This document shows, piece by piece, positions 23,551-36,919 of a stretch of DNA of 64,000 nt. The DNA is from Leucoraja ocellata (Eukaryota), in NCBI GenBank assembly GCA_036785375.1, contig JAWMAR010000174.1, positions 4,960,001-5,024,000 of the forward strand, read 5' to 3'. The stretch's first letter is position 1. Every line of letters begins with the position of its first letter. The notes under the pieces were generated by a model. That model worked only from the letters and a program-made list of their open reading frames with translations, was not told the DNA's origin and did not search any database. The translations under genes and the position numbers were made by a program.

Positions 23551-25569
23551 TTCTATTTCTCTCTATTCTATTCCTTTTCTCAAGGGATCTAAGTTTTAGA
23601 CTATTGCGATAACTTTCATTGCAGTGCTTGTTTCCATCCTTGCTGGCCAACAAACTTAGTCCACTCTGATGTTCATGCATTAGGTCCAACTGAGATTGTA
23701 ATAATCAATACTGACACAGTTAATCCCATGTTGGTATTAATGTCCTGGTTTCTGACAAAACTCCACCCATCCAAGCAGGTCCACTCCCATGAAGTTTAAA
23801 AATCCCAAACACTAAATTCATTCATTTTTCTTTAATGAAGGTTGTCTGCCAAGATTGGCTGTTCAATGTGCCAGGATTTGCTATCCAGAGGCCCCCTCCG
23901 AATGCTGTTCAATGAGGTAAATTTTCTGACAGAGAAACTATTGTTTAGCTTTTAATATAAAGTGTGACAGAGCAAAACTGATATTTTAAAAGCAAATGAC
24001 AATATTATATATTTATACACACATCAGCCTCCTGAGGAATTTAATAAAAGTAATCAAATGAAAGTAGTCAAGTTTTATTCTCCCTAGGTTCAATATTCTC
24101 CCAATTCTCAAAAATACTACATTAGTTTCATGTTTACTTTCAAACCAGCCCAGGGGCCCCGTTTCCCCCAGCATATTTTGTACAAATCAAGAACTTAAGA
24201 CTGTTATTTTGCGACCATGCCTATCAAAAGCTGTTGTTCAATTGGTTAATCCTCATTCTATAAGTATTGAAAATGACAACAGTTCTCAGAATCTAAAAGC
24301 AGAGAAAGGAAGATTTAAAAAAAATTAAAGACCTTCTGGAGCACAAACTCTTCCAAGCTTCAATGAGCAACAGCTTTAAAAAAAGGTCCAGAATGCAAGG
24401 GAGTCGAGGGTGGCTGGGCTGAATACAATATCTCATCTAATTCTAGTTCCATACAACCCTGGTACTAGACAGCTCCAGAGAAAACAAGGAGACAAGACAC
24501 TGGAGTTATTGGAATCTTGAGCAAAAAACACAAACATCTGGAGGAACTCAATGGGTCAGGCGTCTGTTGAGGAAATGCGCAGACAATGTTGTGTCTTGAC
24601 CCTTCTTCGCACTCCCTGTAGAAGTAGCTTCACTGTATCCATCCTGTTGAGGTTCCCAATAGTTTGTTTAGATGAAATCAGCCCTCTTTCTACAACTCAG
24701 GGACCCTTTCCGCTCATTCTTGAGATTAAATCCACTGCATTGTCCCAAATGCAGCATGCGCAAGTTCAAACTGTGTAAGTACTCCAGAGATGTTTGCATA
24801 TAATCAAAATGCCGTAACAAGGGGTTACAAAGGGGATGGAGTGCCAGTGAATGTGCCTTCCTAATTACCTGCATTCCAAAACTTGCAGATTGAATAAATC
24901 TTAATATAAAAGACCGAAGAAAATGTAAGCATTTTGATATTCTATTCCTTTTACCAAAGTGGATACACTCGCATTTCCCCTTATTATATGTCAATGCCAT
25001 ATTTTCACCCATTCAAGCCAAGTAACTTCCTCCTCACTCAAACCCGTGTACCCATCTGTCGCGGACGGCTGAACCCTGAATTTGCCCTTTAGCAAATTCA
25101 TTAACAGATTGAAGCACCACTATATTCTGGGGTACAACAATAATTTAACTTTTATCCACTGAAGAATGGTCCATTTATTCCCACCATTTTCTATCAATAA
25201 CCAATCCTCTACTAATACCAATACTGTATCAATAACCAATCCTCTACTAATGGTCGATTCTTTGGAAAGTGTACCAAAATGTCACACACGTGACCAATCC
25301 TATTTGACCTCTTACCTTAAACAAACATTGTCAGCATAACATAACATTTTCACTTGATAAACCGAAAAATAAGAATCATACATAAATGATACCAGAATGA
25401 AGCACTGGTATCAAGTACAGTGGCCAGTAAACTCAGCCTGACAAAAACCACAACCGATTCACTAATATTCTTCAGGAAATAATGTATACCACCCTTGCCT
25501 CGTCTGACCAATGTAGTTAACTTTTAAATGCTTCTTCAATTCAGGATCATCACAGGAGGGAAAACAGAC

Positions 25570-25680
25570 ACCGTCGTTGTCAGTGGTAGACAAAAATGCT
25601 GGAGAAACTCAGCGGGTGAGGCAGCATCTATGGAGCGAAGGAAATAGGCAACATTTCGGTCTACGACCATCATTGTCAGT
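25570..25680 (-). mobile_element. Short Penelope-derived repeat with about 15-bp TSD (ACCRTCRTTGTCAGT)
   Basis: Family sequence flanked by near-identical direct repeats with two G/A differences. Confidence 0.65.
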
Positions 25681-26320
25681 CATATCCATGACTCATGATC
25701 AAAATCTGTCAAGGCTTTTAATTTAATGTAACTTTGCAGACAATCTCTAGACCCTACCTGGTCATGTTATGGTTTCATATGAATCAGCATTTTCCCGACA
25801 ATCAATATTGTGCTCATCCTCCTGCAGGGTAATGCTTTCTCCTTCCTTCCATTTATGGATGGACATCTCAGACTGCAAAATGGCAAATATACAGGAACCT
25901 TTGACAATTTACAACAAAAGTACCAACATCTTTTAGAACCGGGATGTGCAGGTTATCACATGCAATACATCTGTCAGCCTTGGTCTCATTAGTTTATGTG
26001 GCACATTTTCTCATGATGGATTTTCATTCTTTTACTTTCCTAATTCTTGTATTGTCGTTAATCTGTTTTAAATCTTCTCGCATTTCAGCTCTAAGGGAAA
26101 CACTTACTTTGGCATTTAAGCATTAAAGATTTTGTAAGAGCTTCAAAAGCAAGTTTCTTGTCAATTTACTTCTATTTTCTTCCACGATCAATTAGTTAAT
26201 ATTATCTGCTTATTCGCCCAACTCTGGCTTACTACTTTTGCAACTTTGAGCTTTTTCAAACGAATATTCCAAGTTTAGTTAACCTTAGTAGATCCTTATT
26301 TCCACAGACTTTATTCCATA

Positions 26321-26321
<1 letters not shown>

Positions 26322-26353
<32 letters not shown>
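26322..26353 (+). repeat. Poly-G homopolymer (32 nt)
   Basis: Read directly. Confidence 0.95.
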
Positions 26354-26354
<1 letters not shown>

Positions 26355-28319
26355 TACACATATGTTAAGAACATTAAAGTTTATACACAGCAAAACTATT
26401 GTTTGTTGGTTTCTAAGATTCTCCTACAGGCTCCGTTTCCTGCAACTTGAGCTGTTTTCAATCCAATATTCTTGAGACAGCAGTTACCCACAGCGGCATT
26501 TCTAATTCTCAATGTTATTTACTTGTCTAGAGACTTTTCTACGAACCCGTCTACTGCGCTTCGTTAACTTGGCTTTAGGACTATAGTTGCCAATTTATAT
26601 TCCCTGGAGTAAAGATACCATCATTATTGCATTACCTTAGTTACAAACCCATTTCTATTACGTGCATCAGTATTGCATTGCACATAGAAACGGCATGCTC
26701 TGATATAGAAGGTAAACCGATTTAAATGTTCTCTTATCACAAGATCACCACTTCATTCATTATTTTGCCTAAACGTTCTACACCATCAAGCTTTTACCTT
26801 CGGCTTCGTTGCAGCTAAGAGAGACACCATTGGGAAAACAACTCTTGTTTTGCTAGTAATTAAATAGTATTTATTCATCTTCCAGGATGGTTCTTGATCT
26901 GGGCATTAATGGCAAGGCCAGCAGAACTTGTTGCCCATGGCCAATTGCCCTCAAGCCTGCGTTCTTGAATCACCACAGTTTATCTGCTGAAGATACTTCT
27001 ATTGTTGTTGGGTAGGATGTTCCAGGCCTTGGGCATTGCAATACATTTCTAAGTTGAGATGCTTTTGCCTTGGAGGAAAACAATCAGATGGTGATGTTTT
27101 TCTTCATCTGTTGCCCTTGCCATTTAGAACAGATCGGGAAAAATTCCATTGCCCAAGATGGCCCTTGGAATCCTGGACCACAGAAGGCAATGGAAGCCAA
27201 GTTATTAAATATCACAACTGAACAAATAACAGAATTATAAATACATGGGTTATTAGGAGGAGGTAGGAACAGGTTACACAAGTGCACGATGAACCATGAT
27301 CATATTAAAGGGGGGAAAACGGGACCTACCTCTGCTGCTATTTTTACCTCCCAAAACATATACTATCAAATGCTACCTTGATGTCAATGTCCTTGGCCAA
27401 TGGTTGGATCATGTTTTAGGAAAGTCTTGGTATGCCATCCTCTACTTTAATGGTTTATGACTAAATGCTACATGACTGCACAGCTTGTTTCAATGTTGGT
27501 TGCAAGGACCGTAGGCTCCATCATATGCTACTCAGCACAAATGTAGCCCTGTATTGCAGTTTTACCAGCTAGGACTTCCTTGTTTCTTCATAAGTACACC
27601 TTGTGCTAGTCTTGACTAACCCCTTCACCATGCCTCTGAATCACAGCTGATCCCCAGTTTGACTGCAACAGGAAGGTGAGGGACACATCAGGCCATGTAG
27701 GTAGAGATAGCGATGTACATTTCTGCATTCTGCTTCCAGCTTTATCCCCCCAACCACAGAATCAGTCTGAAGAAGGGTCCCGACTTGAAATGGCACCTAT
27801 CCATGTTCTCCACAGATGCTGCCTGACCCACCGAGTTATTCTTTTACTGCCCTTATTAGCACTCCTTAAGTATTTTGTCCAATTTGAGTCCAATACTTGG
27901 TACATGTGAACTGGTGGAAGTTCAAGAAGCACATAACGTTGATTCAGGAATGATGGGACCGATTTACAAAAAGAATTGTGCAGGTTGGGCCCTAATCTCG
28001 CAGTTTGAGAGGTCACCTTACTTTAAAACAGTATTGAGGGGGTTTGTTAGGGTTTATGCCCTCATGGGAGATGAAGGTGAGGAGAGGGTTTGCATTGGAG
28101 GGCATAGTTTAAGGAACTGCCAAGACAGACCAGGGAACCATTGCTAGGGCCAGTTACACTTTGGAACTCTCCGTCCAATAAGCTAGAGATATCAATTAAT
28201 TGTGTACATTGAAAAAGCCATGATAAAATTATTGGACTAAAGACATCAAGACTTTACGAAAGCACGAAAGAAAGAGGCCAACATACGATCAATAAGATCA
28301 TAAATAGCAGAACAGGTTA

Positions 28320-28680
28320 CATAGAAACATAGAAATTAGGTGCAGGAGTAGGCCATTCGGCCCTTCGACCCTGCACCGCCATTCAATATGATCATGGCTG
28401 ATCATTCAACTCGGTATCCCGTACCTGCCTTCTCTCCATACCCTCTGATCCCCTTAGCCACAAGGGCCACATCTAACTCCCTCTTAAATATAGCCAATGA
28501 ACTGGCCTCGACTACCCTCTGCGGCAGAGAGTTCCAGAGATTCACCACTCTCTGTGTGAAAAAAGTTCTTCTCATCTCGGTTTTAAAGGATTTCCCCCTT
28601 ATCCTTAAGCTGTGACCCCTTGTCCTGGACTTCCCCAACATCGGGAGCAATCATCCTGCATCTAGCCTGTCCAACCCCTT
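28320..28680 (-). mobile_element. Young CR1 3' end with (TTTCTATG)n tail
   Basis: Nearly identical to 49895-50257. Confidence 0.95.
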
Positions 28681-28824
28681 ACATGATCTAATCATGTTTC
28701 CATTTTTTTAAAGTCAATTGTCAGTAACTAGTCCACACATCAAGAGTTTACACTGAGAACTAAGTCAAAGGTATATGACAATTGCACTCATTAAACAACA
28801 AAGCACGAGGTTTTATTTCGTAAT

Positions 28825-29660
28825 GCTTCCGGTAGGCGGCGCGACTCTCGTCAGCAGCGGCCTCTGCAGCCCGTTTTTATTATTTTTTGTCTATGTTTCT
28901 ATGTAGTTTTTGTTATTTTTTTGTTGGGGTGTGTGTGTGGGGGTGGGTAACTTTTAAATCTCTCCCTGCACGGGAGACCCGACCTTTTCTTGTCGGGTCT
29001 CCGTTGTCGTTGGGGCTGCAACGAGGAGCGGCCTCCAACAGGAGAAGACCGGGGGCTCTGGTGCCGACGACTCACCTCACCGTCGCGGAGCTGGCCGAGT
29101 CCAGAGCGGGTGGAGCGCTGCTGCTGCTGCGTCCCGACCTCCGGAGATTCTGAGGCTGCAACTGCGGGTCTGGCGGACGGCAGCACCGGGAGCCCGCGTC
29201 CCTGGAGCGAGACCGCTTTTCAGGGATCTCGCAACGGCGACTTCTCCCGCCCGAGTTGCGGGGTCGAAGAGCTCCTGGAGCGGGGCCTGACATCACCGCC
29301 CCGCGCGACTTGGAATGGCCGCGGGACTCTGCAAGCGCACGCTGGGGGCTCTAACACCAAGACCCGGTGTGCGAACCTCGCACCACCCGGCGTGGCTTTA
29401 ATGACCGCGGGACAATCGCCATCGCCAGCCGGGGGCTTTGACTTTGACTCTGACATCGGGGGGGGGGGGGGGGGGAGAGTGCAGTGGAGAGATAAGTTTT
29501 TTTGGCCTTCCATCACATCGCTGTGTTTATGTTTATGTAAATTATGTTGCGTCTTGGGTCTATTTGTTTGTAATGTAAGGCTGCAGAAACGCATTTCGTT
29601 TGGACCTCAAGGGGTCCAAATGACAATTAAATTGAATCTTGAATCTTGATCTTGATCTTA
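28825..29660 (+). mobile_element. CpG-rich, probably non-autonomous retroelement ending in a short TCTTGA-type tandem tail
   Basis: Sharp GC/CpG-rich insert in an AT-rich intron; LINE-like 3' end TGACAATTAAATTGAATCTTGAATCTTGATCTTGATC; family not identified. Confidence 0.55.
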
Positions 29661-31412
29661 TTTAAAATTTACATGTTATCAAATTGTGGCAATAGAATTC
29701 CATTTGGTGCAATCTACATTTTTGTGAAGAGAAACAGGACAGTGCGGATATCCTTACACCAATTCAATTCAAATGTAGGATATCGAGCTACATTCTGTTA
29801 CTGTTAGTCTCCTCAACTTGATTTCAAAGATAACCACAAAATATTTTTCCTATAAAAATAACTAAAACCTTAGGCAAAGAGGAAATGTTGCTTTGCTATG
29901 TTTGCTATTGCATCAAATTTAAGAAGAGGATTAAAATGATATAAACACATATATAAACAAGGAATGTTCAAAGAATTTGATGCCAGTGACAGAAATCTTC
30001 CATCTCCAATAAGAGTTATACATAGTGGGATAGCACATGTGCTCAGACTATTGGTCCTGGGTCTGAAAATGAATGGCAGGCCAAGGTTCAAGGGTTGAAA
30101 TCTTGAAGGTCATTTATGAAGCTGCTCTCCTTGGATGTTTTTATAAATAACAAATTTGAACAAAAGTGGGCATACAACCACTTAGAAACAAAGAGTCTTT
30201 CATTGTTGGATGCATTCAATTGCATTGCAATAACTCAAGTTTATTACAGACATTTTACTAAACAAGGTAGCACAATGACCCATGTATCCAAATGCACAGA
30301 TGGAAATAAAATTTGCAGATCCTTGCACAATTCCCATTACAATTGATTTTCTTCTAAATTTAAGCCAACAAAAATGCACGAAAGCAAGAAAATGGTTGGA
30401 AAATTTCACAACGTGGCCGCATATTCCCAAGCATAAGGATGAACCAGGAAAGAGAACACTCATTAATTAAACCATCTGCAGAGAATAGTTCTAGCCTTGA
30501 TTCTGTAGTTGAAGGCAGAACCACAAGTGGGATCTTGTTTCCAGGAAGTCTCGCTATTTAGGCCACTCTCAGCCATCTGGAGTAAGGGGCAGCACCAGGC
30601 CAAACCAACAGCAAGTACCTGGGGCTCCACATTTTCACTACAGTTAGAAATTACTACTCAGAAATCCTGCCTCCGTTTGACTTGAAGCTTATGTAATCCA
30701 TAACTGGGAGAAACACCATTTGGTTTATTGGAACTAAATGACATAAAGCTAGAAAACCGCATTTTAGGATATAGACAATGGGCTCCCTTACCAGTTAAGT
30801 AAGAAATGAGTAGCCTGAGGATTTGTTTAACAGGCCAGTCTCTGCTAAAAGCCTATTCACAGCAGCAAGGAAATAACATGCAGCACCACATCTCAAAATG
30901 TCACAATTATTCTTGGATTTTGTTTAAACTTTCATCTTCGGAAAATCAGTAACAGAAAAAGATATTGATAAAATGACCAACCAGGACACCACCCAAAGTC
31001 GTGACTACTCTGAATACGAACTGTTTGTGCAGTTTTCAGGATTTTGTGGTGAAAATAAGTTTCTAGCTTTGTTTATTACTGTGAAAAAGATACATTTGTT
31101 GATAACCAGATTTTGCAGTTTTGAGTGAAATGAACAAAGCTTATGGTCTAGATTGGAGCATTGCCAACTTTCCAGGCCTGCCTTCTTAGCTATTCAAATT
31201 ATCCACATGCAAAAACTCTTCTAAAAACACAATTGCAAACTCTGCTGTCACATTTGAAATAAATATGGTTGACAATTAAATTGGTGAAGAGGGAAACAGA
31301 GGCATAGTACTGGGTACATTTCACTGAAGGGCAAGCAATGATGGACTTGGAAGTTTTATGTGACAACAATTTCAGAGGTAGAGGTTTGTGAGCAAGACCA
31401 AAAATGGTATCT

Positions 31413-31654
31413 GATTCTAAATGTGCAGGAAGGACCTGCAGATGCTGGTTTACACTGAAGATAGAGACAAAATGCTGGAGTAACAGCGGGACAGGCAGCA
31501 TTTCTGGATAGATGAAATGGGTGACGTTTCGGGTTGAGACTCTTCTTCAGACTCCGAAAGGTCTCGACCCAAAACGTCACCTATTCCTTCTATCCAGAGA
31601 TGCTGCCCGTTTCGGCGAGTTACTCCAGCATCTGGTGTCTATCCGATTCTAAAT
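31413..31654. mobile_element. Inverted pair of Penelope terminal repeats with 10-bp TSD GATTCTAAAT
   Basis: Minus-strand copy followed directly by a plus-strand copy; TSD at 31413-31422 and 31645-31654. Confidence 0.75.
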
Positions 31655-32669
31655 CCTAATCTGGAGATTTATGATACAGAGTATAAAATATTATCTGATA
31701 TTAGTTTAAGGAACACATCTTAATAGAAACAAACTAGGAGTTAGTATTGCTGATGATTAGCAAATAGCAGAGATGAGGTCTTTGAGACCTCAAGCATAAA
31801 AGAATCTGCAGATCTGGGCTGAGAAATTCCACCTGTCGTTCTCATAGGTCATAGGCCAAAACCCAATGCTGATCTGGTTCAGGATTTAATTGTTTATTAA
31901 GAAGCATTCCAACATGCCCATAATAAGCATTTGCATTTGAATCATGCAGACGGTATTCAAAGTCAGTAAGCAATCAGTCTACTGCTCTTCGCACTCTGCA
32001 GCCTGACCTGCAGAAGATTTCCAGCATTGTTTTTATATACACAGTTCCAACATCTAGTTTGTTTTTTAGTTACAAAACAGGAATCGTGTCACCAAGTCTC
32101 AGTGTGATGCAAAAATATAAAAATGCCCTCTTTGATGAGCAAACCTCAGGAATTCACAAAGTTACATAATGTTTGGAACAGAAATATGCTGTCAGTCTTG
32201 TCACCATCTTGTTTTGAAAGACATCATTCCAATTCAAGGTTTTTCATAAAAAATGTTTTAATAAAAGGCCACCTTCCACTAGTAAAATCCAGTGACAACT
32301 ACATTGCAATCCAGAATGCAAAAAGTGGCCTGTCTGTATGGAAGATAATTCAGCTCAGATCCAAACCTACAACTTTTACCTTTCTGCAATTTTGTGCACA
32401 CTATCTTTGCTTGAAATCAAATCTAAAGTCAGCTTTTACCCAGCTGCTTAAAGCTCAAGGGGCAAGGAGACAGGAATCACCAAACTCCATGTTGGCTGCA
32501 CATCATATAATGACCAGTTCCAGCTGTGGGAGATCTGGATCATTTGGAATACAAAACATTTTATTGTAGAGAGAAACATTGCAATACAATTCTAAAAGCC
32601 TAGTCCGTTGCAGGATATCAACTGTGTCCACATTCAAAAGGCATTCCACAACATTTATAATTTGCCATG

Positions 32670-33950
32670 CAGGAAGGAACTGTAGATACTGGTTTAAACT
32701 AGACACAAAAAGCTGGAGTAATGCAGCGGGTCAGGTAGCATCTCTGGAGAAAAGGAATCGGTGACGTTTTGGGTTAAGACCCTGCTTCAGACTGAGAATC
32801 AGGGGAAAGTGAAACAAGAGCAGTGATATAGAACAAATGAATGAAAGATATGCAAAAAAGTAACAATGATCAAGGAAACTGTCCATTGCTGGCTGTGTTA
32901 TACAGACAATAAACCTCAAAAGGACAACAGTGAAGCATCTGTGGGTGATGTTTTGGGTCGAGACCCTTCACCGAACGTCACCCATTCCTTCTCTCCAGGG
33001 ATGCTGCCTGCCCGGCTGAGTTACTCCAGCATTTTGTGTCTATCTTCGATTTAAACCAGCAGCTGCAGTTTCTTTCTGTACAGGACAGCAGCAAAACTAG
33101 TACAATGACCTAGGAAGGGGGAGGGATGGAGAGAGAGGGGGATGCAAGAGTTACTTGAAGTTAGAGAAATCAATATTCATACCGTCAGTTTGCAAGCTGC
33201 CCAAGCGAAATATGACATGGTGTTCGTTCAATTAGCATTTGACCTCACTCTGACAATGGAGGACAGAAAGAGGAAGAAGGGTCTCGAACCGAAACGTCGC
33301 CTATTCCTTCTCTCCATAGATGCTGCCTCACCCGCTGAGTTTCTCCAGCATTTTTTGTCTACCATGGAGGACAGAATTGTCAGTATGGCAATGGGAGTTA
33401 AAGTGTTTGGCAACTGGGAGATCTCATAGGCCAAGGCGGACTGAGCAAAGGTGTTCAGCAGTCACCCAGTCTATGCTTGGTCTCGCCAATATACAATAGC
33501 CCACACCTGGAACAACGAATACAGTAGATGAGGTTGGAGGAGGTACAAGTGAACCTCTGCCCAACCTGAAAGGACTATCGGGGTCCTTCGACGGAGTCAA
33601 GGTAGGAGGTATAGGGACAGGCATTGCATCTTCTGCGGTTGCTGGGGAAAGTACCTGGGGAAGGGGTGGTTTAGGTGGGAAGGGATGAATTAACCAGGGA
33701 GTTGCAGAGGGAACGGTCTCTGCGGAAAGGGGTGGAGATGGAAAAATGTGACTAGTGGTGGGATATTATTGGAGGTGACTGATGGGGTGAAAGGTGAGGA
33801 CTAGGGGAACTCTGTCCCTGTTGCAACTGGGGAGGGGTGAGTAAGAGTAGAGCTACGGGGGTACCGAGGAGGTACGTGTGAGGGTTTCATCTATGATAGA
33901 AGTGAGGAACCCTTGTTCCCCAAAGAATGAGGACATCTCGGATGCTCTGA
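32670..33950 (-). mobile_element. Penelope-like retroelement remnant: GIY-YIG endonuclease end plus terminal repeat, with nested repeat copies
   Basis: Minus-strand translation PGTFPSNRRRCNACPY..QRFTCTSSNLIYCIRCSRCGLLYIGETKHRLGD (about 33460-33660) with a stop and a frameshift. Confidence 0.88.
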
Positions 33951-34897
33951 ACCATTTGCCTGTCCATTCTACAAATCTTTTCACAACTCTCACTGCAGGG
34001 TACCCGAGAGTGTGCACAGGTAACAGTTTCTCTCTGTCCCAATGCTATTTAAAAAAAAGTAAGAATCTGGTATGCACATTCCATTTCCCAACAGCTTGCA
34101 GTTATATCACCATATTCCCCTTATAGCATTCATACCAGTCTGGTTGGTTCCAGGCAGGTTCTTCTGACACTTCAAAGAACGTATTCACATGGCAAGCGAG
34201 AACTACTCAATTTATTGAATATTACGTAGTACATACGGTGAGAACCCTGATTTTTGTGTGATAAACTTACTGCAGCCCAACGTTCCTCTACAAGCAGACT
34301 CTGGTGCACCCATGTCGCCCCTTTGTCTCACACAAAGAACACATTTATGCCATGCTTTTTTTGTTTAATTCACCACACAAATCACAAATACCAAGATTTT
34401 ATAGGTGCTCTCATAGCCTTGATGTGCAGCAAGGAAGGAAAAAAAGCCTATTTAACAGGGCTGAGATACAGTTTTTAAGGATGGAATCCTCGTGCTTCCT
34501 CCAGAGTGGTGGAAGATTTTTTGGGATTATTTTTAAGGAAGTGTTCGATACTTGAAGAATTGACTGGACTGTGATTTTGAGAGTACAATCAGATCAGTTG
34601 GTGTAATCGTATTAAACAATAGATTCAGCTCCTATCTGAGTGAGCACTAGCCGTTGGTTTATTTTTCAATTATGCCCTCACTTAGCTAAACTTCAGCAGA
34701 CACAAAACGAGCTTGTTTAACCTTTCCTTGCAAAACCATTGTCCATTGGCTCAGCACCCACCTTCTTTCTGATTTATATACGACTGAAATATTGTATATA
34801 CATGCTCCCTGTCTTTTATTCAACTTCCCCAGACTATTATTTTGCTATATTCATGCTCTAAAATACCCAAATATCATCTTTTGATAAAAAATACTTT

Positions 34898-34970
34898 ACT
34901 CAGCAGGCCAGGCAGCATCTCTGGAGAGAAGGAATGGGTGACGTTTCAGGTGGAGACCCTTCTTCAGACT
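34898..34970 (-). mobile_element. Penelope terminal repeat with intact minimal hammerhead core (34940-34967)
   Basis: Minus strand CTGAAGA-A-GGGT-CTCC-ACCT-GAAA-CGTC. Confidence 0.7.
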
Positions 34971-36151
34971 CGCATCTTTTTGCCACATTTGCCAGATCTT
35001 TGCACAGCCACAACCTATTTTTGTCCTCTTTCATCGAGAAAATTGAAGTCACCATACTTCAGTCGGTTAACTTCATACAAGACAAATGGAAAAAACCGAG
35101 ACTATGGTACTGATCCCACTGACACATCAATCGAACAAAAGGGTCGTTTATGCACAATTTTCCAGTTAGTACGTCAATTATCTATCCAATAAATATATAT
35201 CCACCTACACCAAATTCTATTTTCAACAACTTTTGATGTAAAACTTATCAAAAAGGTCCCCAAATAAAGTAGACTTGCTCCACTTTATCCACAGCACATA
35301 ATTCAAAGAACTTTTTGGGCAAGAAACAGTGCTGTGGGAACTCAGCAGATAAAACAGAATCTGTGGAGGAAATAGACTAATGATATTTTGGGTGAGGACC
35401 ATTTGAAGAAAGGTCCCTCAAAGGATCCCATCCCAAAATATCCATTCCCTGACCCGCTGAATTCCTCAGCACTTTATTTTTTTGACCTGGAGATTCTTGC
35501 AACGTCAGGATTTTCATGTTGTTACACAAATTAAACTCAAAATTCAATTTTGCAAGATCTAGTAATATTATGCAAATGATTTAATATCCAGAAGCTGCAC
35601 AAATTGAAGAATTTATACATTCTTCATACATAAAACCTCAAATATCCACACAATTGTTTGATACTCCTAACTAGGAGTTATTTAATATATCTCCAGACAT
35701 ATATACTGATGCACGATTTATATCCATGCCTCTTCAAGCATCTTTGAATGAAATCATGATTGATTTATAATCTTAATAACAATTACTATGTCGAAACTTT
35801 AACTTCAATTCTTCATTCTTGACAAAGGATCTCACTAAAAATACTGACCGAGTAATAGCTGTCACGTGGAGAAAAGTTCCACACTATAGCACATCAATCA
35901 CCCCCTGGGTGTAGAAGTGACTTCAAGCTTGCGAGCTCCTTCGCACCACTTGGCAATCACTTTGCTCTTCCCTCCCCTAGGTTGGTGTTTTCATGTTTAT
36001 ACTTTCAGACTGTGACATGCATTGACTATGGTTTTACCAGCAGCATCCCTGCCTCTGCTGTCCGCACAGAGAGGGGTGCTTCCCCGGCATCACCTCCTCC
36101 TCCCGAGAGCACAAAGTGCCGGAGAATCAGAGGCTCGGCTTGTGTCCTTAC

Positions 36152-36919
36152 CTCATAAGACCAGGCGCATTGAACGCCGGCGACCCTGCGCACACAGCGG
36201 CCGAGCTCCAGGTCCTCATGTGTGGTGTACATCTCCCGCAGACACTGGCCGATGTGAGGCAGCACCCGGCGGAGCAGCTCACGGCTCAGCACCACGCCCG
36301 GACCACCCATGCAGAAGTTCTCGCCCGGCTCCAGCGCCAGCTTGCCCATCTCCTCTGGCGCGCCGAGGCCGGTCTGGCCCAGGTACAGCGGCTGGCTGCT
36401 GTTGAGGCCCCGTAGGAAGCGCTCCAGCCTCTCGCCGCGGATGTATGTGTCGTCGTCGGCCCGCACGAACCACTCGAAGTGCTGCAGATGCCGCTCGCCC
36501 ATGTACTTGAGCATCAGGAAGGACTTCTTCTGCGGCGGGTAGGTGTCGTCCACGCCGGGCAGGGCGACGAGCGGCAGCGGCAGGCTGAGGTCTGAGCCCT
36601 CGCTGGAGAAGAACTCGACGCGGCCGGGGATGTGTCGGGCCCAGGTGCCGTAGGCCGCCAGCGCCCGGCTCCTCAGGTACTTCTTGGCGCTCATCACCCC
36701 CACGTACATGAAGCGGGAGGCGGCGGGCCGCTCATCCTCGCCCTCATCCTCCTCCCCGCCCGCAGACCCCGCTAACTGCCCGCACCCGGCCCTCTCCCGC
36801 TGGCGCGCCGCCCGCCCCGGCATTGTGGCCCGGGGCAGCACCAACCAGGAGGCGAGGCCGAAGCCGAGCACTAGGCCCAGCAACACGCTGAGCCAGGAGC
36901 GCCGGCAGCGCGGCGCCAT
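36152..36919 (-). CDS. CHSY1: Chondroitin sulfate synthase 1, first coding exon (signal anchor plus Fringe-like GlcA-transferase half)
   Basis: MAPRCRRSWLSVLLGLVLGFGLASWLVLPR, YPPQKKSF, WFVRADDD, FCMGGPG; donor WSYE|GTAAGG. Confidence 0.97.

Noticed and set aside
28899-29649. 219-aa and overlapping ORFs as a novel gene
   Set aside because: No recognisable domain; ORFs in several frames are expected in a GC-rich insert.
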